Source: Coleofasciculus sp. B1-GNL1-01 (GTDB taxonomy: Bacteria > Cyanobacteriota > Cyanobacteriia > Cyanobacteriales > Coleofasciculaceae). From it: DNA of 64,000 bases. The DNA lies in NCBI GenBank assembly GCA_040220235.1, contig JAVJTO010000030.1; one strand, written 5' to 3'. The translations under genes were made by a program, and so were the position numbers. Under the pieces are notes generated by a model. That model was not told the origin of the DNA. It saw only the letters and a list, made by a program, of their open reading frames with translations, and ran no database searches. Below, in pieces: positions 21,627-32,961 of this stretch. Each line of letters opens with the position of its first letter. The stretch's first letter is position 1.

Positions 21627-23288
21627 GTGACTTACTTAATCTGTACTTGTGACATATTACACAAGCAAATCTATCCATTAAGTTTAGGCGCGAATACAAT
21701 TGGGCGGGAAGAGGATAACACTATTGTAGTTGACCATACCTATCTTTCCCGTTACCACGCTCAGATTTTGTTTTCCCCTGACGCTGTGATACTGCGGGAT
21801 CTTAATAGTCTCAATGGTACATTTGTTAACGAGTTTAAAGTTGAACAATGTCAACTTAAGGATGGAGATTTTATTCGTTTAGGGGATGTATCGTTTAAGT
21901 TTGTACAGCAAATCCCTAGGGTTGAGAAAACTGTATCATCAGATGCTGATACGGAAATTTCAATTGTCAAGCAAGTCTCTCCGGAAAAAACTCGAATTGC
22001 CATCACTGATTTATTACAACCCGATAAGTCAGAAAATTCTATTATTAAACTGAAGCAGCAAGACGCTCATCAACGAACGGTTGATAAGTTGCAAATTTTA
22101 CTGGAAGTCAGTAAACAACTGTCTTCTCCGGAAGATCCCGATCAATTACTGCAAAAAATCGTCGATTTGCTATTTGAAATCATGCATATCGATCGCGCTA
22201 CTATTTTGATGGTTAATGAAACGACAGATTTTCTGGAACAAAAATCCGTAAACTGGCGATCGGGAATCCCGACTGACGAAAATTTTTACAGTAGTAAAAT
22301 TACTAATTTTGTCCGTGAACAGGGCGATGCAATTCTCACGGGTGATGCTCGCAAAGATGGCTTATTTAACGATTCAATCTCTATCGTTGAACAAGGGATT
22401 CATGCCGCCATGTGTGTTCCTCTGAAGCCCGCAGATGAGGTGATTGGGGTATTGTATGTGGATAATTTGTCAATGGCTGATATCTATTCTGATGAGGATT
22501 TAGAGTTTTTAACTTGTCTAGCCAACCAAGCCGCGATCGCGATCGAAAATTCCCGCCTGTATAAGAAGATGCAGGAACAGGAAGTGATGCAGGCAAAGTT
22601 ACAACGATTCTTTCCACAATCCGTGAGTCGCAAGTTACGGGAAGAAGGACATTTAGCGACAGTGGAGACGGAAGTGACGGCTTTGTTTGCCGATATTAGC
22701 AACTATACGCAAATGTCGTCAGAAATGGAACCGTGTCAGATTGTTGAAATGCTGAATGAGTATTTTCAGGTTGTTGTTGAAGAGATTGTTTTCCCTTACA
22801 AAGGCACATTAGAAAAGTATATTGGTGATGGAATTTTGGCAATTTGGGGCGCACCGTATCGCCAACCGGATGATGTGGATTTAGCGGTACAGGCAGCGAT
22901 AGAAATGCAATGGGCAGTTTCCCGCTTAAATCAAAAATGGATTCGAGACAACCGACAACCTATTCAAATTCACATTGGGTTAAATACAGGTACAGTCGCC
23001 GCTGGAAATATTGGTTCTAAAAATATGATTCAGTATGCCACAATTGGAGATACAACGAATGTGAGCAGTCGAATTTGTGATGTGGCTCAAGCGGGGCAAA
23101 TTTTAATCGCTCAAAGTACGTTTGATAAGCTGGGTGATCCGAGTATTCCCCTAGAAAAAATACCACCTGTTTGGGTGAAGGGTAAGACTTCGCCTTTGCA
23201 TCTCTATCGGGTTTTGTGGGAGCAGTATAACGCAACAGAGGTATTGTGCGAGAATGGTGGTCTAGTAACTACACTTAGCCGATCTTAA
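21627..23288 (+). CDS. FHA-GAF class III adenylate/guanylate cyclase (CyaD-like)
   Basis: FHA (GR..SRYHA..SLNGTFVN), GAF, and cyclase motifs LFADI, KYIGDG, IGDTTNVSSR. Confidence 0.92.
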   Translation: MTYLICTCDILHKQIYPLSLGANTIGREEDNTIVVDHTYLSRYHAQILFSPDAVILRDLNSLNGTFVNEFKVEQCQLKDGDFIRLGDVSFKFVQQIPRVEKTVSSDADTEISIVKQVSPEKTRIAITDLLQPDKSENSIIKLKQQDAHQRTVDKLQILLEVSKQLSSPEDPDQLLQKIVDLLFEIMHIDRATILMVNETTDFLEQKSVNWRSGIPTDENFYSSKITNFVREQGDAILTGDARKDGLFNDSISIVEQGIHAAMCVPLKPADEVIGVLYVDNLSMADIYSDEDLEFLTCLANQAAIAIENSRLYKKMQEQEVMQAKLQRFFPQSVSRKLREEGHLATVETEVTALFADISNYTQMSSEMEPCQIVEMLNEYFQVVVEEIVFPYKGTLEKYIGDGILAIWGAPYRQPDDVDLAVQAAIEMQWAVSRLNQKWIRDNRQPIQIHIGLNTGTVAAGNIGSKNMIQYATIGDTTNVSSRICDVAQAGQILIAQSTFDKLGDPSIPLEKIPPVWVKGKTSPLHLYRVLWEQYNATEVLCENGGLVTTLSRS

Positions 23289-23413
23289 CGACTGAACGTT
23301 GGACAAAATTTTACCAGGAACGTTTACCATGGCAAACCTCCTTTGTAAGTCGAGATGTTGAAACTATTGCCTATTGCCTATTCCCACCACAAGACTTATT
23401 CAGCAGACTCTAC

Positions 23414-24448
23414 TTAGCTGATCACTGAAGCTTTACCCACAGTCTCTCGACCATGAGGTTCCATCAGGCTAGACACATCCGGACCGCTGGGGATAATTCC
23501 GCCAGGATTCAGCGGAAACAAATTCCCATAATAATCTCGCTTAACACTCTCTAAATCGCAGGTGTCCGCAACCCCCGGAAGCTGATACAAATCGCGCAGG
23601 TAAGCACCTAAATTTTGATAGTCTTTAATCCGGCGACGGTTGCACTTAAAGAGTCCGTAATAGACAATATCAAAGCGGAATAGGGTTGTAAATAGACGCA
23701 CATCTGCCAACGTCACTCTATCCCCACATAAATAGCGATTTGTCTCTAGCACCGCATCAATTTCATTGAGTGTAGTAAATAATTCATCACAGGCTTGATC
23801 ATAAGCTTCTTGAGATTGGGCAAAACCGCAGCGATATACCCCATTATTCACCGTATGGTAAATTTTATCATTCCACTCAGCGATCGCGGACTTCAGATCC
23901 TCTGGATACAAGTCCAGTGCAGCATTCTTCGCGAATTGATTAAACTGAGAGTTGAGCATGACAATAATCTCGGCACTCTCATTATTAACAATTGTCTTCG
24001 TCTGGTTGTCCCACAATACGGGAACCGTCGAACGCCCACCGTAACCGGATTGGGCTAACTGGTATAATTCTGGCAACGTGTGACAGCCCTGTTCGGGTTT
24101 CTCAAACACCCAGATTCCCTGATCTGAAGATGGCGAGACAATCGACACACCGATAACCTCATCCAATCCCTTCAGCGCCCTCACAACCAGCGTCCGGTGC
24201 GCCCAAGGACATCCGAGTCCTACAAACAGAGTATAGCGCCCCGGGGCGGGTGGATAGGGGTTTCCGGCGTCTGTTCCAATCGCCTGTCTAAACTGACTCT
24301 CTGGGCGAATATATTCTCCCTTTTTGCTCTTCGGTGCTAGTTTGGACATCATAGTCTGCCACATTGTCGTCCAGACAAACTTGCCCAACCGAATAATTAC
24401 GGTTGAGGGAAGAGATGTACCTTTCGGTTTCCAAGAAGATGTTGCCAT
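23414..24448 (-). CDS. Glutathionyl-hydroquinone reductase / omega-like GST
   Basis: CPWAHR, TVPVLWD, NNESAEI and NNGVYRCGFA motifs. Confidence 0.95.
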   Translation of the reverse strand: MATSSWKPKGTSLPSTVIIRLGKFVWTTMWQTMMSKLAPKSKKGEYIRPESQFRQAIGTDAGNPYPPAPGRYTLFVGLGCPWAHRTLVVRALKGLDEVIGVSIVSPSSDQGIWVFEKPEQGCHTLPELYQLAQSGYGGRSTVPVLWDNQTKTIVNNESAEIIVMLNSQFNQFAKNAALDLYPEDLKSAIAEWNDKIYHTVNNGVYRCGFAQSQEAYDQACDELFTTLNEIDAVLETNRYLCGDRVTLADVRLFTTLFRFDIVYYGLFKCNRRRIKDYQNLGAYLRDLYQLPGVADTCDLESVKRDYYGNLFPLNPGGIIPSGPDVSSLMEPHGRETVGKASVIS

Positions 24449-24738
24449 GAGTGAAGAAATGAAATGTATCCTACTGGCGTGATACATCTAGTTTGATGGA
24501 TTAGCTTGGGTTCGTAGTAAGGGCTTTAGCCCTATATCCTATATTCTGTTGGGTTTCCTGTCGTCAACCCAACCTACAACTACAACCTCTTCCACAATTT
24601 TAGCTGTGCCACACCCCTACTGTATCGAATAGCCGCGAATAGTAGCGATCGCGATCGCATCCAGGGATGATAGTCTAGCTACTGTTGGGTTTTCCTGCTG
24701 ATCATCCAACACCAAAGCACACCAGACAACGGTTAGAT

Positions 24739-25020
24739 ATGGCTAACATCACCATCCAATCCGCAACTGAACGTGACAACGGCTGGTCTTATCAGGTAAA
24801 ACTAGAAAACGATCGCGAGTATAACTACGATGTCACCCTTAGTCAATCAGACTATAACCAATGGTCGCAAGGTAAAGTTTCACCCGAACAATTAGTCGAG
24901 GCGGCGTTTGAATTCCTACTGGAACGTGAACCCGCCTCGTCTATCCTGTCAAAATTTGATTGTTCCGTAATTCGCCGCTATTTTCCAGAAGTGGATAGCG
25001 AGTTACCGAAGAAACTTTAA
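24739..25020 (+). CDS. Conserved hypothetical protein
   Basis: FEFLLEREPASSILSKFD...YFPE motif; start refined to ATG 24739. Confidence 0.8.
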   Translation: MANITIQSATERDNGWSYQVKLENDREYNYDVTLSQSDYNQWSQGKVSPEQLVEAAFEFLLEREPASSILSKFDCSVIRRYFPEVDSELPKKL

Positions 25021-26189
25021 CGGTTAAAACTCAGGCTATTCATCATCTGGTCTAACACTTGTTTATTGCGTTGATAGCGTTGACCTTGCATATCATAGGT
25101 TGTCCCAATCAGAGTTTGTCCATCGAGATCGACGAAATATAAATAAGACCGGACTCCCTCAGGGATTAATCCTATCCCTGTGGCTTTATTTTCAACAACC
25201 ACCGCTTGATACCCATCAATAGTCGTCTGACGGCGAGACAGTTCTTGACTCGTCTGGTTATCCGCACTCGCTACCCGTTCAAAGGGAACATTATCAACTC
25301 GGATATGTACGGCTTCATCGAAACTTTCAGATTGTTCTGGCAATGAAATTGATTTTGGATCAAAAACCTTACACTGTTCTACCACCGATCCGGAATTTGT
25401 CACCCAACCTTGAGGATAACTCACCGTATAACTTACCGCCTCATTGGTGCAGGTTTGGCTGAGGGCGATAGGAGAATTGTCTTCAGGTTGCTGGGCATTC
25501 ACGACGTAACGATTGGGTACACCCGACACATTTTTAACTTGACATAATGCAGCAGCAACTTGCGCCCGTGTTGCCGGATCAGTGGGGCCCATCAGTCGCA
25601 TATTTGGCTTGGGAGGACTAATGAGAATGCCTTTTTTAGTGGCGGCGGCAATTTTCCCTTCGGCGTATTCAGGAATCTCTTGAGCATCCGTATAGGCGGC
25701 GTTAAGCAGGGATTCCGGGGAAGTTGGACTCTCATAATCTAACCCACTGGCGAGGGCGACAAAGGCTTCTACCCGTACAATCAAATCATTGGGTTTAAAG
25801 ACTTGACCCGGATATCCAGAGAGAAATCCTTTGCGATAGGTATTTTGAATCGCATCTTGACCCCAATAGGAGGCTGAGACATCTTTAAAATTAATCGCAT
25901 TTCGTTCTAAAGAGGTATTGGGAAATGCTTGGTCAATCATCGCCGCATATTCAGCGCGAGTAATCACATTATTTGGTTTAAAGGTTTGATCGGGATAACC
26001 ACTGACTACTCCTTGCTGAGTCAATCCTTGAATACATTGTTCAGCCCAATGACCTTGGATATCTGAGTAGTTCTGTGCCTTGGCAGGTGGGGCAATACTT
26101 CCACCAAAAGCATTAGCAAAGAGTCCGACCGATAGCCAGGAAAAAATAGGTTTAAGGTGTTGGACAGAATAAAGTATAGTGTTTTTCAT
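25017..26189 (-). CDS. S-layer homology domain protein
   Basis: DIQGHWA, SGYPDQTFKPN and TRAE SLH repeats; signal peptide. Confidence 0.92.
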   Translation of the reverse strand: MKNTILYSVQHLKPIFSWLSVGLFANAFGGSIAPPAKAQNYSDIQGHWAEQCIQGLTQQGVVSGYPDQTFKPNNVITRAEYAAMIDQAFPNTSLERNAINFKDVSASYWGQDAIQNTYRKGFLSGYPGQVFKPNDLIVRVEAFVALASGLDYESPTSPESLLNAAYTDAQEIPEYAEGKIAAATKKGILISPPKPNMRLMGPTDPATRAQVAAALCQVKNVSGVPNRYVVNAQQPEDNSPIALSQTCTNEAVSYTVSYPQGWVTNSGSVVEQCKVFDPKSISLPEQSESFDEAVHIRVDNVPFERVASADNQTSQELSRRQTTIDGYQAVVVENKATGIGLIPEGVRSYLYFVDLDGQTLIGTTYDMQGQRYQRNKQVLDQMMNSLSFNR

Positions 26190-26819
26190 AGCACCCAATT
26201 CTCTAAGGTTTTGATGTATTGGGTATCTTTTAGCAAAAATACGATCCTATATGCCTCTAACTTAAGAGGATGATTGGATTGGGGGTTTTTATAACTTTAG
26301 GTAGAGGCGCGATCGCTCTTTTCAGGAAGCTGTTCAGTATTTAGGTTGGCATCCTTAAATTCTACAAAGGTAACAGGGAACGGGGAACAGGGAATAGGGA
26401 ATAGGGAATACTCAATTTAAATCCACATCAGCTTAATGGGCTTCCACCCAAAGGTGTGGTCATGTCATTTACTCAGATAGAGAATTTTGCTTTGATTCTA
26501 TCTGCGACGAATTGACTTGAAGTATTGTATTAATGTCCCGCTTGGGTGCAATACAGGCATTGTAAAAATGTGATAATGAGTCGTCAGGCAATCGCACCTA
26601 AAGATGATAGCCTATCTACAGTTGAGCCAAAGGAGATCATCGTCCTGTTGATCATCAAATCTTAATAGTTTTGGTATCCCTACTGTAGTACAATTGAACT
26701 AACTCAGTAAAGCCATAGCCTATCTCAACTCCAGTTAAATCCTAAATACAGTTGAGGATAGTGCAAACTATGTTTTTCCTACTAGGTTAACGACGCTTAG
26801 GTAGCGTATAAAGAGAACA

Positions 26820-27854
26820 ATGGCAAGAGCAGATCTGTTAAAAAAACTCCTACAGAGCTACCAAAAGCGTGATGACCGAGCTTTCCGTGAGGCGGCGGCA
26901 GAAATTATTGAACAGGAGAGAAAGAAGCATCATATTGTTTTGGCAAACGAGCTAGAACGAATACTGAAGAATGGGAACGGGTATATAGAACAAGGACAAC
27001 CCTCTAATCTGACACTTTTTGGACCTATTCCGCGAGATGCTGACAAGGGAGTCGGGTTACTGGAGCCAAAGTGGACGAGCCGTTATCTGGATGATCTAAT
27101 TTTGAGCCAAAAGATCCGGCATTCTCTTGACAGGCTTATGCGTGAATTTCGTGAATGGGAAGTGCTGGAGGCGAATGGCTTGCTCCCAGTACGACGGGTT
27201 TTGTTTTGCGGTCCATCTGGATGTGGTAAAACAGCAGCAGCCGAAGCCATTGCCGCAGAATTAGGATTGCCTCTGTTGTATGTTCGCTTTGATGCTGTTG
27301 TTTCATCACTGCTAGGTGAAACGGCTGCTAATCTCCGCAGAGTCTTTGACTATGCTCAAAGAGGACAGTGGGTGATGTTTTTTGATGAGTTTGACGCTAT
27401 AGGTCGTTCGCGGGACGATCCGACAGAGCATAGTGAGATTAAGCGAGTTGTTAATTCATATCTCCAAATTGTGGATAACTTCAGTGGCAGATCACTGGTT
27501 ATTGCGGCAACAAACTTTGAGCAGGCTTTAGATCCAGCCGCTTGGAGAAGATTTGATGATATAATTCGTTTTGAGAAACCGACGAATGAGCAGCTTAAGC
27601 AGTTGGTAAAAAAAAGATTAGTCCCTCTAAAATTTAAAGCGTCACAAGTCAATGAAATTGTGAGTCATCTCTCCAACTCAACTTATGCAGACGCCGAGCG
27701 AGTTTGTCTCGATATCCGTAAGTCATGTGCTATTCAGGGTACTCGGCAAATCACCCAGGAAGATGTGGCAGAAGCTGTCTTTCGATATTCTTATCGTAAG
27801 GCTATCCTGGAAAAAGCATATAACAGTCCCATTGCAACAATTGATAAAGATTAA
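26820..27854 (+). CDS. AAA ATPase (IetA-like)
   Basis: GPSGCGKT, FFDEFD and LDPAAWRRFD motifs; 6 bp upstream of the S8 gene. Confidence 0.92.
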   Translation: MARADLLKKLLQSYQKRDDRAFREAAAEIIEQERKKHHIVLANELERILKNGNGYIEQGQPSNLTLFGPIPRDADKGVGLLEPKWTSRYLDDLILSQKIRHSLDRLMREFREWEVLEANGLLPVRRVLFCGPSGCGKTAAAEAIAAELGLPLLYVRFDAVVSSLLGETAANLRRVFDYAQRGQWVMFFDEFDAIGRSRDDPTEHSEIKRVVNSYLQIVDNFSGRSLVIAATNFEQALDPAAWRRFDDIIRFEKPTNEQLKQLVKKRLVPLKFKASQVNEIVSHLSNSTYADAERVCLDIRKSCAIQGTRQITQEDVAEAVFRYSYRKAILEKAYNSPIATIDKD

Positions 27855-27860
27855 GAAATT

Positions 27861-30374
27861 ATGCCAACACTTCAACCGGGTTCGGGTCAGTATTTGCACA
27901 TTGAGTTTGTTCGGGATGTAAAACGGCAACCAGAGCGACGAAGAGGGGGTTATAGCAGACTGAAGCCACCAGTTCCAGATGATCGAGATCAACACGCTCA
28001 AGAAATTTCTCAAGAGATCACTCAGGCAGTTCAACAAATATCTCAAGCTCGTCAAGGTTGGGGCATAGAGCCTTCCAAATTGTTCGTTTTAGAGTTTAGT
28101 AGTGTCAATCTTGATCTGCGAGATATTTTTGAGCAGCGTTTTGGAGCTTGGGTTGTTAGCGAATATAAGGATAAGGTTGAAAAGGATAAGGTTGAAAACC
28201 AAGAGCGATATCGGTTTCTTGTTCAATTTCCTACTGAAACATCTCGTCAGCATTTACAAGAAGAAATTCGACTCTACAGAACAGAAGCTAATAATATTGA
28301 AGTTTTGCCTTTAGGTATGAGGCAGAATTTTTGTGAAGCGTTACAAGCTGTGCGTTCTATATCGCGAGATGAAAGAATTGGGGTGCGTCTTCGTGACGAG
28401 GGATTTCCTGAAGTAGAACCTTTCTATCTGGATATTGATCTTTGGCATCCTGGAGATTCCTCAGATGCTCGCCAAGTGCTAAATGATATACGCTCAATGT
28501 GTGCCAAGTATGGCGGTGCATTAAAAGAGGAAGTACGCACATCCAGTTTACTCCTAATTAAAGTTTATGGTTCCAGACAATTAGCTGAAGCTCTTCTGGA
28601 GTTAGACTGGGTAGCTCGTGTTGATCTTCCTCCTAAGCTGTCACAAGCTTACTCAGAGATATTTGGTAATATTGAGCCGCCTGACCCCATGCCCATTCCT
28701 GCCGATGAAGATCCTCTTGTTTGTATCGTAGATAGTGGTGTGGTATCAGGACATCCATTTTTGATGAATTGGGTGATTGAGGAGCGAGATTTTGATACAG
28801 GTGAAGATACTCCTACCGACTTAAATGGTCATGGAACCTCAGTTGCAGGTTTGGTTGTTTACGGTGATATTGCTAAGTGTATCGAAAGTCGTAACTGGCA
28901 ACCTAAAGTTAAAATATGTAGTGCAAAAGTCTTGTGCCATGATGCCATTTGGCAACGCCCTGTTATTCCAGAACAACATCGTGCTGAAAAGCTCATAGAA
29001 GATGCTATTCGCTATTTTTGGAAAGAAAGAAGTTGTCAGATATTCAATCTCTCAATTGAAAATTCAGTAGAGGTTTACAGGGGTGGACGGCAATTTCCCT
29101 GGGCTGAGAAACTTGATGAACTAGCAAGAGAACTAGATATCGTTATCGTTCAAATTGCTGGGAACCGAGACAATCCTCCACTACCCGAAAAAGTATATAT
29201 TAGAGAGCAAGCTCAGGAAGCTATCCGAACAAACTTACTAAAGGATCAAGATCAGAGAATTTGCAATCCCGGTACGGCTGCACTGGCTCTTACAGTTGGT
29301 GCTATGGCCAGATCAGATGCACTTGGGCATCATCAACAGAATATTGGACCTCGGTTAAGAGATGCTTTTGTAGGTGTGCCAGCTAATGCACCAGCACCCT
29401 TTACTAGAATAGGACCAGGACTGTCTTCTGGAACGAAAAATTTTGCTATTAAACCCGATATTGTTGCCTATGGTGGCAATTGGGCAATTCAAACAGTAGT
29501 TGGCGGAAATCCCAGTTGGAAACCTTTCGTTTTTCTCGGTGAACCAACCATTCAGAAAGAGCAAAATGGTCGATTTATCACAGCCCGAGATGGTACTTCT
29601 TTCGCTTGTCCTCATGTAGCTCATGCTTGTGCGATCGCGTCTGCCAGTCTAGAGGCAACTCTGGGGTACAAACCATCTGCCAATTTAATTCGTGCGTTGG
29701 TAGGTAGTGCAACAATTCCGCCTCCATGTCCTCCAGGTTGGTTAGATGATGAGAAAGAAACACTTCGTTTGGTGGGTTACGGAATGTGTTCAGTAGACGA
29801 CTTAAGATGGTCTAAGAAAAATCGGGTTCGTTTAATTGCGATGGATGAGCTTGAGTTAGATAAACTTCATATTTATCGCATCGCTATTCCTGAAATTTTT
29901 ATAGCAACAAAAGGAAAGATGGGTATAACAGTCGCTCTAGCCTACGATCCGCCAGTTCGCTCCAGCCGCAAGGAATATTTGGCAAATACAATGTGGGTTG
30001 AAGCATTGCAGGGACTAACGAATGAAGAGGTGGAGTTATATAAGGCTAAATTCACAGGTGAAGATGCACCAAAACCGCCATCAGGTTCAGAAATAAAAGA
30101 GTTACAACCTCCAAAAACAAACCTACAATGGTCAACGCTTCAAGTAAGACGAAGAACGTGGAGTCGCAAAAAGTTTCGAGTACCTAATGGTGAAACAGAA
30201 CCAGTTATTCATTTTGTTGTCGGTTGTCAGCAAAGATTCCCGACAGAATTTGACTATAAACAGCGATATGGTTTAGTTGTTCTCTTTTGGCATGAATCCG
30301 AGGAGATAGAGTTATACCAAGCGTTACGAAATCGAGTAACTCTCAAAGCGGCTCGTGTACGAGTAGGGGCTTGA
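27861..30374 (+). CDS. S8 subtilisin-like peptidase (IetS-like)
   Basis: Catalytic triad IVDSG, NGHGT, GTSFA; LAYDPP C-terminal motif; no signal peptide. Confidence 0.92.
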   Translation: MPTLQPGSGQYLHIEFVRDVKRQPERRRGGYSRLKPPVPDDRDQHAQEISQEITQAVQQISQARQGWGIEPSKLFVLEFSSVNLDLRDIFEQRFGAWVVSEYKDKVEKDKVENQERYRFLVQFPTETSRQHLQEEIRLYRTEANNIEVLPLGMRQNFCEALQAVRSISRDERIGVRLRDEGFPEVEPFYLDIDLWHPGDSSDARQVLNDIRSMCAKYGGALKEEVRTSSLLLIKVYGSRQLAEALLELDWVARVDLPPKLSQAYSEIFGNIEPPDPMPIPADEDPLVCIVDSGVVSGHPFLMNWVIEERDFDTGEDTPTDLNGHGTSVAGLVVYGDIAKCIESRNWQPKVKICSAKVLCHDAIWQRPVIPEQHRAEKLIEDAIRYFWKERSCQIFNLSIENSVEVYRGGRQFPWAEKLDELARELDIVIVQIAGNRDNPPLPEKVYIREQAQEAIRTNLLKDQDQRICNPGTAALALTVGAMARSDALGHHQQNIGPRLRDAFVGVPANAPAPFTRIGPGLSSGTKNFAIKPDIVAYGGNWAIQTVVGGNPSWKPFVFLGEPTIQKEQNGRFITARDGTSFACPHVAHACAIASASLEATLGYKPSANLIRALVGSATIPPPCPPGWLDDEKETLRLVGYGMCSVDDLRWSKKNRVRLIAMDELELDKLHIYRIAIPEIFIATKGKMGITVALAYDPPVRSSRKEYLANTMWVEALQGLTNEEVELYKAKFTGEDAPKPPSGSEIKELQPPKTNLQWSTLQVRRRTWSRKKFRVPNGETEPVIHFVVGCQQRFPTEFDYKQRYGLVVLFWHESEEIELYQALRNRVTLKAARVRVGA

Positions 30375-30384
30375 TGTAAATAAT

Positions 30385-30594
30385 TTAATGTGACAGTCTT
30401 GACCCAAAAAGTTTAGCTAAATCCTGTCGTAATCCTTGACCAATATAAAACTTCAATAGAGCATCCAATGACATATCTCGACTAGCCGCCACTTTTCTGA
30501 GGGACTCCACTGTGTCTGTAGGAATCTTGAGTGATACTGTCTCAGTCGCCCGTGGATGCAAACGCAATTCAAATGTTTCTTCAGGCTTGTTCAT
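30385..30594 (-). CDS. Ribbon-helix-helix-like (antitoxin-like) protein, possibly C-terminally truncated
   Basis: TVSLKIP...LRKVAASRDMS..ALLKFYIGQGL pattern; ends abruptly against the S8 gene. Confidence 0.55.
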   Translation of the reverse strand: MNKPEETFELRLHPRATETVSLKIPTDTVESLRKVAASRDMSLDALLKFYIGQGLRQDLAKLFGSRLSH

Positions 30595-30822
30595 AGAATT
30601 TTCGTTCAATACGAGTATCAATACAAGCAGAATTGTTTACACTCTACCTATTCTCTATGATGACGGTTCGGTGCGGTTAGTCCAACTCACTCAAAAGCCG
30701 TGATAGGTATTTCTACTCAAAACCTATAAGGATTTCTGATACAGCCCTTGGGGGTGATCGTGTAAAAATGAAGAAAATATAAATCGTTTTAATAAACGTT
30801 GCTGATACAGGAGTCAACATCC

Positions 30823-32541
30823 ATGGTCGTACTCACCGATCGCACCCAGAAGCGCTTAACCATGCAGACGGGCGAAATCGCGCCAGATACAACGGCGATC
30901 CGTTCCTTAGATTGGGATCGCGATCGCTTCGATATTGAGTTTGGGCTGCAAAACGGCACCACCTACAACTCGTTCCTGATTCGGGGTGAGAAAATTGCCC
31001 TGGTGGATACCTCCCATGAAAAGTTTCGTGAACTTTACTTAGATACGCTTAAGGGGTTGATTGAACCCAGCCAGATTGATTATCTGATTATTAGCCACAC
31101 GGAACCGGATCACAGTGGCTTGGTGAAGGATATTGTCCAACTTGCGCCAGAGATTACCGTTGTCGGGTCAAAAGTGGCGATTCAATTCCTGGAAGACTTG
31201 GTGCATCACCCCTTCAAACGGCAAATCGTCAAAAACGGCGATCAACTGGATTTAGGCAAAGGACATGTGTTGGAATTTGTCAATGCCCCCAACCTGCATT
31301 GGCCCGACACTATCTTCAGCTACGATGCTGGAACCCAAGTGATGTTTACTTGTGATGCCTTCGGGATGCACTACTGTTCCGATAGCACCTACGACGAAGA
31401 CATTAATGCCATAGAAGCCGACTTCCGTTTCTACTACGACTGCTTAATGGCACCCAATGCCCGTTCCGTTCTCTCCGCCCTGAAACGGATGGATAAACTA
31501 GGAGAAGTCACCACCGTCGCCACGGGTCATGGTCCCCTATTATTGCATCATGTCGGGGAATGGGTGGATCGGTATCGGCGCTGGAGTAAAGCCCAGGCAA
31601 AAGCCGAAACCTCTGTCATCGTCTTTTACGTATCCGATTACGGGTATAGCGATCGCCTGTCCCAAGCCATTGCCCGAGGCATCACCAAAACCGGGGTGGG
31701 CGTGGAAATGATGGACTTAAAATCGGCTGATCCGCAGGAAGTCCAGGAAACCGTCAGTCGCGCCGGGGGAATCGCCATTGCTATGCCTCCCGCCTCCAAT
31801 AAAGCCGCCACCGCCGCCGTGAGTACCGTCCTCGCTGCCGTAAAATCCAAGCAAACGGTGGGTTTGTTTGAATCGTATGGCGGAGATGACGAACCCATTG
31901 ACCCCCTCCTGAGTCAATTCCGCAACCTGGGACTCAAAGAAGGATTTGCCGCGATTCGGGTCAAAGAAACGCCAAGCGAAGCCACCTATCAACTCTGCGA
32001 AGAAGCCGGAACGGATATGGGGCAACTGCTTACTCGCGATCGCGAAATTAAGCAACGGAAATCCCTGGATAGTGACCTGGACAAAGCCCTAGGACGGATC
32101 AGTGGCGGACTTTATATTATTACCGCCCACAAAGGTGATATCAACGGTGCCATGTTAGCCTCCTGGGTATCCCAAGCCAGCTTCAAACCCCTCGGCTTAA
32201 CCATTGCGGTGGCGAAAGATCGGGCAATTGAGTCGTTAATGCAAGTCGGCGATCGCTTTGTGCTGAATATTCTAGAAGAGGGGAATTATCAGGCATTAAT
32301 GAAGCACTTCCTCAAGCGGTTTCCCCCAGGTGCCGATCGGTTTGAGGGGGTGACAACGCAAACAGCGACGAATGGATCGCCGATTCTCACCGATGCATTG
32401 GCGTATGTGGAATGTAAGGTGGAAAGTCGCATGGAGTTGAGTGACCATTGGATTGTCTACGCCTCTGTTGATGCTGGACGAGTGTCTAAGGCAGATGCGT
32501 TGACGGCGGTTCACCATCGTAAAGTGGGGAATTATTATTAA
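30823..32541 (+). CDS. flv3: Flavodiiron protein, Flv3-type
   Basis: FGLQNGTTYNS, canonical HTEPDH, HWPD, flavodoxin and flavin reductase domains (HHRKVGNYY). Confidence 0.85.
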   Translation: MVVLTDRTQKRLTMQTGEIAPDTTAIRSLDWDRDRFDIEFGLQNGTTYNSFLIRGEKIALVDTSHEKFRELYLDTLKGLIEPSQIDYLIISHTEPDHSGLVKDIVQLAPEITVVGSKVAIQFLEDLVHHPFKRQIVKNGDQLDLGKGHVLEFVNAPNLHWPDTIFSYDAGTQVMFTCDAFGMHYCSDSTYDEDINAIEADFRFYYDCLMAPNARSVLSALKRMDKLGEVTTVATGHGPLLLHHVGEWVDRYRRWSKAQAKAETSVIVFYVSDYGYSDRLSQAIARGITKTGVGVEMMDLKSADPQEVQETVSRAGGIAIAMPPASNKAATAAVSTVLAAVKSKQTVGLFESYGGDDEPIDPLLSQFRNLGLKEGFAAIRVKETPSEATYQLCEEAGTDMGQLLTRDREIKQRKSLDSDLDKALGRISGGLYIITAHKGDINGAMLASWVSQASFKPLGLTIAVAKDRAIESLMQVGDRFVLNILEEGNYQALMKHFLKRFPPGADRFEGVTTQTATNGSPILTDALAYVECKVESRMELSDHWIVYASVDAGRVSKADALTAVHHRKVGNYY

Positions 32542-32582
32542 ACGCAGAGGTTCGCAGAGGTCAACGCAGAGGTTCGCAGAGG
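32539..32582 (+). repeat. Left arm of inverted repeat (4x CGCAGAGG)
   Basis: taaacgcagaggttcgcagaggtcaacgcagaggttcgcagagg; complementary to 32966-33009 and 33072-33115. Confidence 0.9.
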
Positions 32583-32961
32583 ATGACTGAGAATGAGGTG
32601 TCGGGGAAAGTGATTGGGTTGGCGATGAAGGTACACACGGCTTTGGGACCGGGTTTATTGGAGTCAGCTTATGAAGCCTGTTTGAGGTATGAACTGAATA
32701 AGGCTAGCTTAAACTTTGAACCCCAGAAACCCTTACCCTTAGTCTATGAAGAGATTCGCCTCGAATGTGGATATCGAGTCGATCTCCTCGTCGAAAACAA
32801 AGTCATGGTTGAACTCAAAGCCGTTGACACCCTGCATCCCATCCACACCGCCCAACTCCTAACCTACCTCAAACTCTCCCACCATAAACAAGGGACTCCT
32901 AATCAACTTCAACGTCATCCATCTCAAAGACGGCATCAAACGAGTCGTCAATCACCTCTAA
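32583..32961 (+). pseudogene. GxxExxY (PD-(D/E)xK-like) protein with +1 frameshift
   Basis: LGPGLLESAY, YRVDLLVE and VELKAV motifs. Removing one G at 32892-32894 restores GLLINFNVIHLKDGIKRVVNHL* (stop 32959-32961). Confidence 0.85.
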
